Assembly (NCBI RefSeq): GCF_009914755.1
Contig: NC_060927.1
DNA length: 64,000 nucleotides
DNA from: the human T2T-CHM13v2.0 reference genome, Homo sapiens
Reading direction: 5' to 3' (one strand)
Under the pieces are notes generated by a model that was not told where the DNA came from, made no database searches, and saw nothing but the letters and a program-made list of their open reading frames with translations. Positions 31,048 to 43,099 of the stretch are shown here, in pieces. How positions within the stretch are numbered: position 1 is the stretch's first letter; the number at the start of each line of letters is the position of its first letter. The translations under genes and the position numbers were made by a program.

Positions 31048-31327
31048 TGTAACTTCCTAAATTGAACTGGTGTGGGGACAGCTGGATTCCAGTGTGGTTC
31101 TGCTACTGACCAGCCCTGTGACCTCCAGCAGGTTGTTTGCCCTCTCTGTGCCTCTATCACCTCATCCATGAAATGAGCAGCTTGAGGCAATGGGCTGAAC
31201 GTAGGTACCCTCCAGCTCACAAATTCTATGATCCTTTGACGTAACAATGTTCCCCTGGACATTGTTTCTGGTTCAGCTGTATTTTTATTGATTGAAAGAG
31301 GGAACTCATTAGTTACCGAGGATTTGG

Positions 31328-31399
31328 GGATACCTCTCTCCACCATCCAAAAATGTCCATTTGGAATCACAATTATTTTATTCTCAGGAGATTTTGTTC
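31328..31399 (+). repeat. 72-bp direct repeat, copy 2 (intron 4)
   Basis: 67/72 ungapped identity to 29345-29416. Confidence 0.9.
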
Positions 31400-31629
31400 T
31401 CGGCTCAGCAAAGCTCTAAAACAGTGCAAGAACTTCTGTTCCACTGCAGAGGCAGTAAAACCAGTGTACCAAAAACTAAGGTTACTAACTATCCTGGTTT
31501 GCCCCGGACTGATGGGTTTCCAGGGACACTGGACTTTCAGTGCCAAGACTGAGACAGTTTATGGTAAATAGGAGGTTGGTCCTACTAACAAAGACATCTA
31601 CAATCATGGAATGTTTATTTTTCTTTCAG

Positions 31630-31801
31630 CTACAAAGCCGTTTCTTATCATGCCTCAGGCCACAGTGTTGCCTACAAGCCTGGAGGCTTCAAGGCCAGCA
31701 CTGGCTTTGGGTCCAACACCAAAAACAAGAAGATATACGATGGAGGTGCCCGCACAGAGGACGAGGTACAATCTTATCCTTCCAAGCACGACTATGTGTA
31801 A
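31630..31801 (+). CDS. CLDN18: Claudin-18 exon 5 coding part (cytoplasmic tail with C-terminal PDZ-binding YV)
   Basis: Acceptor ttctttcAG. Encodes YKAVSYHASGHSVAYKPGGFKASTGFGSNTKNKKIYDGGARTEDEVQSYPSKHDYV, with TAA at 31799-31801. Total CDS 220+165+118+111+172 = 786 nt. Confidence 0.98.
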
Positions 31802-32797
31802 TGCTCTAAGACCTCTCAGCACGGGCGGAAGAAACTCCCGGAGAGCTCACCCAAAAAACAAGGAGATCCCATCTAGATTTCTTCTTGCTTTTGACTCACA
31901 GCTGGAAGTTAGAAAAGCCTCGATTTCATCTTTGGAGAGGCCAAATGGTCTTAGCCTCAGTCTCTGTCTCTAAATATTCCACCATAAAACAGCTGAGTTA
32001 TTTATGAATTAGAGGCTATAGCTCACATTTTCAATCCTCTATTTCTTTTTTTAAATATAACTTTCTACTCTGATGAGAGAATGTGGTTTTAATCTCTCTC
32101 TCACATTTTGATGATTTAGACAGACTCCCCCTCTTCCTCCTAGTCAATAAACCCATTGATGATCTATTTCCCAGCTTATCCCCAAGAAAACTTTTGAAAG
32201 GAAAGAGTAGACCCAAAGATGTTATTTTCTGCTGTTTGAATTTTGTCTCCCCACCCCCAACTTGGCTAGTAATAAACACTTACTGAAGAAGAAGCAATAA
32301 GAGAAAGATATTTGTAATCTCTCCAGCCCATGATCTCGGTTTTCTTACACTGTGATCTTAAAAGTTACCAAACCAAAGTCATTTTCAGTTTGAGGCAACC
32401 AAACCTTTCTACTGCTGTTGACATCTTCTTATTACAGCAACACCATTCTAGGAGTTTCCTGAGCTCTCCACTGGAGTCCTCTTTCTGTCGCGGGTCAGAA
32501 ATTGTCCCTAGATGAATGAGAAAATTATTTTTTTTAATTTAAGTCCTAAATATAGTTAAAATAAATAATGTTTTAGTAAAATGATACACTATCTCTGTGA
32601 AATAGCCTCACCCCTACATGTGGATAGAAGGAAATGAAAAAATAATTGCTTTGACATTGTCTATATGGTACTTTGTAAAGTCATGCTTAAGTACAAATTC
32701 CATGAAAAGCTCACTGATCCTAATTCTTTCCCTTTGAGGTCTCTATGGCTCTGATTGTACATGATAGTAAGTGTAAGCCATGTAAAAAGTAAATAAT

Positions 32798-33100
32798 GTC
32801 TGGGCACAGTGGCTCACGCCTGTAATCCTAGCACTTTGGGAGGCTGAGGAGGAAGGATCACTTGAGCCCAGAAGTTCGAGACTAGCCTGGGCAACATGGA
32901 GAAGCCCTGTCTCTACAAAATACAGAGAGAAAAAATCAGCCAGTCATGGTGGCATACACCTGTAGTCCCAGCATTCCGGGAGGCTGAGGTGGGAGGATCA
33001 CTTGAGCCCAGGGAGGTTGGGGCTGCAGTGAGCCATGATCACACCACTGCACTCCAGCCAGGTGACATAGCGAGATCCTGTCTAAAAAAATAAAAAATAA
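32798..33100 (+). mobile_element. AluJ in CLDN18 3' UTR
   Basis: Full-length diverged dimer with taaataatg on both flanks. Confidence 0.92.
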
Positions 33101-33267
33101 ATAATGGAACACAGCAAGTCCTAGGAAGTAGGTTAAAACTAATTCTTTAAAAAAAAAAAAAAGTTGAGCCTGAATTAAATGTAATGTTTCCAAGTGACAG
33201 GTATCCACATTTGCATGGTTACAAGCCACTGCCAGTTAGCAGTAGCACTTTCCTGGCACTGTGGTCG

Positions 33268-33403
33268 GTTTTGTTTTGTTTTGCTTTGTTTAGAGACGGG
33301 GTCTCACTTTCCAGGCTGGCCTCAAACTCCTGCACTCAAGCAATTCTTCTACCCTGGCCTCCCAAGTAGCTGGAATTACAGGTGTGCGCCATCACAACTA
33401 GCT
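33268..33403 (-). mobile_element. Antisense Alu monomer (FLAM/AluJ) in CLDN18 3' UTR
   Basis: (TTTTG)n tail, then agagacggggtctcac...ctggaattacaggtgtgcgccatcac. Confidence 0.8.
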
Positions 33404-34286
33404 GGTGGTCAGTTTTGTTACTCTGAGAGCTGTTCACTTCTCTGAATTCACCTAGAGTGGTTGGACCATCAGATGTTTGGGCAAAACTGAAAGCTCTTTG
33501 CAACCACACACCTTCCCTGAGCTTACATCACTGCCCTTTTGAGCAGAAAGTCTAAATTCCTTCCAAGACAGTAGAATTCCATCCCAGTACCAAAGCCAGA
33601 TAGGCCCCCTAGGAAACTGAGGTAAGAGCAGTCTCTAAAAACTACCCACAGCAGCATTGGTGCAGGGGAACTTGGCCATTAGGTTATTATTTGAGAGGAA
33701 AGTCCTCACATCAATAGTACATATGAAAGTGACCTCCAAGGGGATTGGTGAATACTCATAAGGATCTTCAGGCTGAACAGACTATGTCTGGGGAAAGAAC
33801 GGATTATGCCCCATTAAATAACAAGTTGTGTTCAAGAGTCAGAGCAGTGAGCTCAGAGGCCCTTCTCACTGAGACAGCAACATTTAAACCAAACCAGAGG
33901 AAGTATTTGTGGAACTCACTGCCTCAGTTTGGGTAAAGGATGAGCAGACAAGTCAACTAAAGAAAAAAGAAAAGCAAGGAGGAGGGTTGAGCAATCTAGA
34001 GCATGGAGTTTGTTAAGTGCTCTCTGGATTTGAGTTGAAGAGCATCCATTTGAGTTGAAGGCCACAGGGCACAATGAGCTCTCCCTTCTACCACCAGAAA
34101 GTCCCTGGTCAGGTCTCAGGTAGTGCGGTGTGGCTCAGCTGGGTTTTTAATTAGCGCATTCTCTATCCAACATTTAATTGTTTGAAAGCCTCCATATAGT
34201 TAGATTGTGCTTTGTAATTTTGTTGTTGTTGCTCTATCTTATTGTATATGCATTGAGTATTAACCTGAATGTTTTGTTACTTAAAT

Positions 34287-34292
34287 ATTAAA
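34287..34292 (+). terminator. CLDN18: Distal polyadenylation signal (ATTAAA)
   Basis: ATTAAA about 20 nt before the inferred cleavage site, followed by tgctcttttttcatatgttttg. Confidence 0.75.
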
Positions 34293-37200
34293 AACACTGT
34301 TATCCTACAGTTGAATAGCTTCTGCTCTTTTTTCATATGTTTTGGGAAGTGGAGGTGGGAAGTCCCAGCACCTCAACGCTGGATGCTTCTTCATGGGAGT
34401 TTTTCTGCTTTCAGAATCCATTTCTGCTCAACAGCAGCCTAGCTACCTAGAGCTAGGTGTCGTTCCAGACCAGTTTGTGGTTTCTGCAAGTTGGGAAGCC
34501 TTAATGAAGAGGAGTTCCCAGAGCAACCAGGCATGCAGCATGGGGTCCAAGGATCCAGTTTAGCCTGTCTGACCCTAAGCGCACAAGCCCGAAGTGTCTA
34601 ATGTCATTGTCCTGTTTGTGGGCCAGTAAAACAAGAGAGCCAATGCCTGCCCTCTTGATGCTGCCAAGGTTGGGTTGACCAGCTCAATAAACTGAGGCTG
34701 TATCCAAGCTACAAAAGCAGCATAAGCTATATAGTCAGAACAACCCAACCTCAAATCCAGGTCATACTACTTTGCAGCTATGTTAGCTTGAACAAAGCCC
34801 TTAAACTTTCTGAGTCTCCATTTCCTTATCTGTAAAATAGGGATGATAAGAATAATGGAATAATACAAGTAAAGGACCCACTTAAGTGACAGTAAACCAA
34901 GCTTCACAACTTTAAGACAAAGAGGGCAATGCTTATGTAACTGGGGTATCTGAGGTCAGGGTTGGCTTCAGACACAGCTGAATCAAGGGTTATGATTAAG
35001 ACTCTATTTTTCTCTGCCCATATCTCAGTTCTGCTGTCTTCTCTGTTGGTTTGCTTCTCAAGAAGATTGTGAGTTGTTGTGTTGGCTGCTTATATTTCTA
35101 GCCATAAAGCCATGTTTCAGCTATGGGAAACCTAGCCAAAGGGAGGCATCTCTTTCCTTCTATGCATAGGAGAAAAACCCTAACAAAATACATTAGATTA
35201 TTTGAGTAATGTACCCATCCCTAAACCTCTTCCTATAGCCAGAGCAGTGGTATCTAGTTTGATGAAGCCTGGGTCCCCCAGTCAAAACATGGAGATTTGT
35301 CATATGCCATGAAGACTTGTATTCTGAGGAGCCGGGGTCCTTAGAAATCAGGTAAACTCATTGCTTTGCCTCATTTTTTTCTTCTTTTGGATGAAACTGA
35401 ACTCCAGAGAAAGCTTCAGAGATATAACTTCTGAGCTTCTCTGACTAGTTACCAAACAGTATGTAGTACAGAAAGGAAGGATCTGAGAGATTACTCTGGT
35501 TCTCAAAGAAAGCTGATAATTAAAACCTAAAAATTAAAAAAAAAGACAAAAACAAAACACTTTACATTCAGTTTTAAACAAGTGAGATTACAAAAGTCAT
35601 CAGTAGAAAACTGTCCTTGGTTATGTAATTTTGAGCTATTCAAATTTAAATTTTCTAAAATTTAGGGGCATTTTGAAGTCTCCTTGTACAAAGACAGAAA
35701 TGGACTAACCAAGCCATGGAATACAGGCTCAAAATATGACTCAGCATTGTTACTCATAAAAATCCCTGGGAGTCCCCAGTTCTCTTACCTTTTACTTAGG
35801 TAGTATTCAGCCCTCTCCTGCCTCCACGGGACATTATCCAGGGTTGACTACTGCAACAGCCACAATTTTTGCCAAAATGCCTGATATCTCTGAGTTGATG
35901 TGTTCCACTGGAGAGAGCACTGGGCTTGGAATCAAAAACCTGGATTTCTGGTTCTGACTGCATTGCCAACCAATTATGTGACCTTCAGGATTGATTACAA
36001 TGATTCACTAACATATTTTCATTATCTAACTTCTGTACTGAGTCCTCATAATAATCAGTACTGTGCCTAGTGCTTTATATACTTTAACCCTCCAACAACG
36101 CTGATCTCGCCCCACTAGTGGCCCAACACTCTAAATACTCAAGGATCACACACACACTCACGCTCATATATACACATTTACCACACAGTCGGTTCAATTT
36201 TCAGAGCCTCATCAGGGACCAACACTTCTTTGACTTTTCTAGCCTCAGAATGGCTTTTGAACAATTCCATTCCTTCAGCTAAAGTCAGGCTGATTTTTCA
36301 TACTTCCCAACCCACAGCTAGAAAGGGAAGGGGGTATTCTCTTCATAATAGCCCAAATAAACGTGAAATGCGCATGTGAGGCCCTTAAGAGATGATGATA
36401 AGCAAAAAGTTTCTTGTGGTTTAATATTCACTATGTAAGATATTATAATATATTGTAGAGACAAAATGTCACTAAAATGCTTTAAATATGTCCAAATTCT
36501 ATTCTGGAGTAAGGGTATTTAATTTAGATACCCCAAAATCATCTATCAGCGATGGTTTCTAGTATCCACACCACCACAATATTCAACACTAAATGCAGCT
36601 ACTCCCTAATAACCAAATAAAATGAAATCTCAGTCACCCCTGCCACAGTGGGTAGCTAAAAGAAAGCATAGACTTCTTCTTCTTCAGAGAAACTTCAAGG
36701 AGTGGGTGGGTCCTACTTGCAGACCAAGGATCATACCAATTCCTTACATAGAAAACATTATATTTTGTCCTATCTTTTAACTTAGATTTTTAGGGTAACA
36801 TAAAGGTAGAATTATATGTAATACGGAAGAAAGCTGGAAATATTTCTTCTTTAATCCAGCAATGCTCCTTCTTTAAATTTCTCCTAAGGAAATAATCATA
36901 AATACTTATGCTCAAAGGTATGTATCAATTGTTTAAAATAATGTAACTGGATCAACTTAAAAACCTAATGAGGGAAAGGTTTCTAATAGTCTTTATATAT
37001 AAGTAAACTATTATATAGTCACTAACATTATTATATTTTTCTAACATTAATTCTATTAAACGGTGCATTGAAAAACACCCTGGTAAGAAATATATTCCAA
37101 AATATTTTAAGTAGTTGCTTTTGATTGGAGATATAATGATGATACTTTTTTCATTTGTACTTTACAGTAGTTTGCAAATTTTCTTCAATGAGAATAGCTT

Positions 37201-38084
37201 TATTTTATATCTAGAGAAAAAAAAACTAAAAACTGAAGAATTAAAAAATAGAAAACAACACCCAGACATGAAGTCCACAGGAGCAGATATAGCTCATTAC
37301 CTGGAGACATGACCATCTCAGGCAGCTTGGAAGGAGGAAGTTATTAAGTCATGGCTGAGTAGAGTTCTCTGTTCACTCTGAACCAATAAATTAAAACGGT
37401 CATGAGCCCAGAAACTGATCTCACACTATTTTGCTTTAGCTTTTCTTCCCCTTTAGAGACTCTTTGGCAATTGGCAATCATTTCACCATTTACTCACCTC
37501 TGAAGACAGGAAAGCCGAGGCCCATACCTCTGTTGTGAACAAGGACCAGAAAGGAGAAATGACATGCTCAAGGCCTTTGCACAGGCATATCAGGGGAGCC
37601 AGAACAAAGACGAGAGTCCATACCAGGTTAGCCTCTTGCTTGCTCCACAAGAACACACAGACCTCATCTCCTCCCAACCACTGGCCTTCTCAGTATCCAA
37701 CTCCTTTTCCTGACTAGAAGGGCCATCCAGAAAGAGCAGGATGGGCTTGCTTCAGGATGGGTGGCCTAATGTTGGCAGGTGGTCTGAGCCAACCAGATCC
37801 ACCTGTGTGGGGAAATGTCCAGAACAGACCCTGAGTCCCCAGATATTTAACACCTGGAACTCATCAGACCTGCATCTGATAAGGAAGGGGCTCTGTATGA
37901 GCTATGCACAGAGCAGCCTATCTCTAAAGAAGACTTTTGGGTCCTTGATGAATTTTTCAAGGTTTCTAAAAGATAATCTCAACCATGTGTTATCACTGGA
38001 TTCTACTCAGAGATGTTAGACATCAGGGAAAATTCAGCAGCTATTGTTTTTTAGTTGGACACAGCAAAGCTTCAGAAACCCAGT

Positions 38085-38522
38085 TACTTAGTCATTTTCT
38101 GTTTCTTATCACAGAATACCTGAAACTGGGTAATTTATAAAGAAATGAAATATATTTTTTACAATTCTGAAGGCTGGGAAGTCCAGGGTCAAGGGGCTGC
38201 ATCTGGTGAGGCCCTTCTTGCTGATGGGGAGGGATCTCTGCAGAGTCCCAAAGGAGTTCAGGGCATCATGTGGTGAGGGAGCTAAATGTGCTAGCTCAAG
38301 TCTCTCTTCTTCTTCTTATAAAGCTACCAGTACCACTTCTGTGATAACCCACTAATCCATTAACTCACTGATCTCTTAATCTATGAATGGATTAATCTAT
38401 TCATGAGAGTGAAGTTCTCATGACCCAATCACCTCTTAAAGGCCCCACTCCTCATTATTTCCACATTGGGAATTAGGTTTCAACATGAGTTTTGGAGGGG
38501 ACAAACATTCAAACCATAATAC
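38085..38522. mobile_element. MST/MLT1A-type LTR
   Basis: gaatacctgaaactgggtaatttataaagaaa...tgacccaatcacctcttaaaggcccc...ttttggaggggacaaacattcaaaccata. Confidence 0.8.
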
Positions 38523-38699
38523 CCAGGCTTACGTAAAAATGAAGAAAACAAAATAAACTTTTTCTCCTTGAAAAGACATTAGGAAAAAAGAGAAAAGCAT
38601 TTATGGCAGAAAAAAATCTCTCTGAGCCATTAAAAAATACAGATGATTATTAATGTTAATATTGCTGTCATTATCATTATCATTATCGAGAATCTACAA

Positions 38700-39020
38700 T
38701 GTCACAGACATAGTTTCAGGCCCTTTTCTTACACTATTTCCAACCCTCAAAATAGCCCCCATGAGACAGGTATTATTATCCCCAGCTCACAGGTGAAGAA
38801 ACCAAGGCTCAGGGAGGCTAAGTATCTTGTCCAAGTAAGGTGACCAACCATCCCAGTTTGTCCAGGACTGTCCCAGGTTCAGCACTGAAAGTCCTGTGTT
38901 CCAGAAAACCACTCAGCCTGAACAAACCGGGACAGCTATGCCAAGTCTACATAGCTAATAAATAGAAAAGCGTGGATTCCAACCAGGTTTGTCTGACTCC
39001 ACACCTCACTTTGTTTCCAA
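38700..39020 (-). mobile_element. MIR interrupted by a MER81-like hAT element (38837-38940)
   Basis: MIR core acaggtgaagaaaccaaggctcagggaggctaagtatcttgtccaag, interrupted by ggtgaccaaccatcccagtttgtccaggactgtcc...caaaccgggacag. Confidence 0.65.
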
Positions 39021-40078
39021 TATGCCATAGAAAATCCCATTAAATGGGCAAAATAAATTCATAACTACATTTTTTTAAATGGAAGGAAGAAAAAAAGGGA
39101 GAGAGAGAGACAGAAAAGGAAGAAGAAAAACACAAATGAGAAAAATAAAGAAAGATAGGGAGAAACTCATATAAATCTAGTTTAAAGAAAAAAATATTTG
39201 CCAATGAAGCCAAGAAGCGTAATACTTAATTTATTGTAAATTTTTAATTTTTAACACTCAAATTTTAAATAATGCCCAATAAGAGCCTGTCTCTGTAACT
39301 AGTGCATAGACAGATGGCAGAGATGGGGGAGGACATTGGGCTACCCAGTACCTCAGCCTCTGCAAAGCTCTCAGTGGGTTCTGTGATGTATGTGCACTCT
39401 TAAGGGCTTCCAGGCTAAAGAGGACTCTGGTGTGATGCCACCCAGAAGGGAAAGGAAAGCCCCAGCACTCCCAAGGTGGACTGTCCGTAGGAGAAATACC
39501 TGTTCCCTCCAGTGGTGGCAGCTACACAAACATTACAAGGTTGGGTGTGGACCAGGGCTCACTTCATCCCAGCAGCCATCTTAGGCTAGAGCTTCCCCAG
39601 CAGCATCTGGGATCTGAGTCAGTTTCCATCAGCACTGAGAGGTTTCCCATTCCTTTCTCATCTCAAGTGGAACTAGATGTGACCTGCTCACTCTGGTTTC
39701 GAGTTTTTGACCAGTCCAAGCTTTCCCTGTTATCAAAGCTGCCGCCCTTAGCCCTTGTTGACAATGAAAAGCTTATTTATTTTGTTCGACAGGCCAACTT
39801 GAATTTCCCCAAAGAATGTTTTAAAAGGTAAAATATCAAACATATTAAGCATGTAGGACTTTGCCACCCATACTTATTGCCCAGAGGAGGGAGGTTGCCA
39901 TGGCAATGCCTCTGGTAAGGAGGATGAAGTCTGGCTGAAGGGTGAATAAAGTATCACAGTGGGGCACAGGCTGCCCCACCAGGCAGCAAGCCCCTTATGA
40001 TACTGGAAGTGTTTGCCCAAGTCTTAAGAATTAAGTCATAATTAAGAGAGAGAAAGAAAAACAAAAATGTCCAGCTGC

Positions 40079-40103
40079 AAAAAAAAAAAAAAAAAAAAAA
40101 AAA
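40079..40103. repeat. A25 mononucleotide run
   Basis: Direct count. Confidence 0.95.
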
Positions 40104-40379
40104 TGTTGAGGGGTGGAGGAGTCAGAATGTAGATAGAGATATTTTAAAAGTCAGCAGTGAATGAATGTGACTATGTCTTCCTATGACAGCTGGCAGAGCC
40201 CACCCACCAGTAGCTTTTGTGCAGACAGGCCACACCCCATCCATCTGCAGAAAGGTACAGCCAATGGAGCAGAGAGAACCCAATAAGGAATTCACTGGAG
40301 GGTTGGCATCAAATGACCTTCATGGCCTCTTTGGTAACACACCAAAACTCCACAGAAATTAACACAAAAACTAGGCAGG

Positions 40380-41645
40380 AGGAACTCAGCTTCCAGTATG
40401 GCTTAGTAAGCTCCCACCAGGCTAACCCTCCTGCAGATAACAAATATAAACTCTGTACAAAATACAAAAAGTAACTACTTGAAGCCACTAGAGGGTGAAC
40501 AAAGACAGACATATTCTGAAGGGTAGCTGACATTTAAAAGAGAGGAAAGGTATAAAGCAAATTTCCGTTTTTGAGGCTTCTGGCCCAAGGACAAGCCAAA
40601 GTCAGGTGGCATGAAGTACCTAAAATCTGTTAGAAAATCTGCAGTTTTTCTGGCCTGAAGAACCATGAGACAGAGTTCAGGGCAACTATAGCCACTATAA
40701 GGTGAGCAAAGAGTCTTAGAAAAAAGAGACTCAGAGGGAGAAGATCCAAGTTTTCTATAAAAACCCCTCCCTGGGTCTCTAGTTAAATCCTAAGCCATGC
40801 AAGTATAGGGCTGACTACAAACAGCTGACTTAGGATCCAAAGCTGAATGGAGACTTGAGATGTCCCCAAGACACAAAGTTTGCTGTATGAGTAGAAGCAA
40901 ATTAATTGTCTTCTCCAGCAAACAAAAAAAAAATCAATACTCTTTGGAAGACTATAATAGCATCTAGAGTCTCTGAAACATAATACTCACAATATCCAGG
41001 ACGCAATCCAAAACTATCTGACATGTGCATGACGTGACCTATTTTTAAGAGAAAAGGTGATCAATGGAGACCTGACCCCAAGATAACCCAGATACTGGAA
41101 TTAGCAGATGAGGATTTGTAAAGCAACTATTGTAACTATGCTCAAATACATAAAAGAAAATATGCTAATAATGACTAAAAAGACAAGAAATCTCACAGAG
41201 AAATAGAAACTATTCTTGAAAACAGAACTTCTGAAACTAAAAATACAAAATCTGAAATTTAAAAATGTATGAACTTAGCAAAGTGGAGATTACAGAGGAA
41301 ATCATCAGTTAACTTGAAGATAGGTCATTAGAATTTATCCAAAAATAGAGAAAAAAAGTTTTAGCAAAAACAGAACCTCAGGTACTTGCAGGATAATATC
41401 AAAAGAGAAATAATTGAGGCCAGAAGACAGTGGTATTTTTAGGGGCTGACCGAAAAAAAAAATGTACAAATACACTTCAAGAATGAAGGCAAAATACAGT
41501 TTGCAGATAAAAGGAAACCATGAAGATTCATTGCCAGAAAATCTTCACTATAAAAAAAATGCTAAAAGAGTTCTTCAATCTGAGGGAAAATGATACTAGA
41601 TGAAAACTAGGATCTGCAGGAAGACATAAAGAGCATCAGAAATAG
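40380..41645 (+). mobile_element. Ancient L1M 5'/ORF1 region
   Basis: A-rich with motifs such as cagatactggaattagcagatgaggattt and cagttaacttgaagataggtca. Confidence 0.6.
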
Positions 41646-43099
41646 ACCTTGTTGAATAGGACACTGGATATCACTAGATGTAATGCAAGACTCAAAGCCT
41701 GAGAATTTGAGGCAGTCAGGCACTGCACCTCACCTTCCACCATCACAGCGGCTCTGGGCAGCTGTCAGCGTTCCTACTGCCTCACATAACTGGGAGTATG
41801 AATCCACCTGTAGAAACACATATTGCCGTATGTACAAAGAGGAAAGACAGTAGAATTAAGTAGGTAACAGCAATAGGTAAGTCTTGGCAGTCTCTAAACC
41901 CAATACTAAAGCAGGAAAATCTTAACTTTGTAAACTGAATTGAAAAAATACTTTTGAAAATGTTACTTTGTACATATTTAACGTAGAGGTGAAAAGTTTC
42001 AGGATGAGAATTCCCTCACAAGCGCCAGATCTCAAAGGCATCTCTCAGCGGGTCTCCAAATAAGCAAAGCCAGTACCAATGACAAAGAATTCATCAATGG
42101 TCATTCTCTGAATGTCTTGCCTCATACTAGGAGGTAATATCATCTAAAAAAAAAAGATGACTTTCACTTCATATTTCTCACCAACCTATCAGTTTGTTAG
42201 AGATTTGTTTTTATGTTTTGATCTTTTGATGTGTGGTAACATTGAATATTTTGTGTGATATGTGTGTCTCTTTGCTGTGTGTTTATGGATGAATTGAGTA
42301 TTGGTAAGAATAAAGGAAATTTCATAATCCTTGGTTCTCAATCAGAATGAGCTAAAAAGTGAGAAATTTCTAGACTCCTGGAAGAATAACAGCAAAAAAT
42401 ATAATTTTATGCCCAGTACATCAAGTTGATTGACTTAAATATCTGCTAAAATAACTTTTTCACACTAGGATGGTAACAGGGAAACTGTGTGTATATATGA
42501 AAGTTGTAAAGAGATAAGATTTTAAAAGAAATGAAATTAAGACTACTCTGTTTGCATTTAATCACCTAAAACCTATTTTTTAAAAGGATTACAGAGTTAT
42601 CAATTAGTCATCATCATTGATGGCAAATAGTTCAACTCTAGTCTCCCTTCAGGCATATTTTCCTCCAGGATGTGAAAGAAAAATCTTTTCCAAAGCAGCT
42701 GTCTTTAGGCCAGATTCTCCCAAGGAAATTATTATGGCCCCTGCAGTGGACAATTTAATCCCAGAGCAGCTAGTGAGGGTACGGTTTGCAGAGTAGGATG
42801 GGATAGACAATGAGTGTAAAGACACTGTTGTGAGATCCTGTAGCTGACTGCCCTTCAGTTCTTCTGCTCTGCCCTGATTCATGTTTCAATGGAATGGAAG
42901 CTCCAAAAACAGGCTGAACATGAGTCACCTCCACTTACGTGCAACCCCTTAACATTCTTTTTTTCTTCATAGAAGCTAGCTTTTCTTTCTGTGACAGTAG
43001 AACTGGCACTTCAGTTATTGTTCTCCAAATTGGGTTTCATACATTTAATATATTTTCAAGATTCAGTTGTATTCACTTAGTCAACAGATATGTATTAAA

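Larger units (their letters stand above)
31802..34312 (+). other. CLDN18: CLDN18 3' UTR (approximate end)
   Basis: Follows the stop codon. ATTAAA at 34287-34292 with U-rich sequence upstream and U/GU-rich sequence downstream. Confidence 0.8.

Noticed and set aside
34028-34060. 13-bp direct repeat atttgagttgaag, and a similar 14-bp doublet at 17208-17238
   Set aside because: Short slippage-type duplications with no further support.
34125-34143. tRNA-like 5' motif gcggtgtggctcagctgg in the 3' UTR
   Set aside because: No B-box/T-loop (GTTCRA) or cloverleaf follows.
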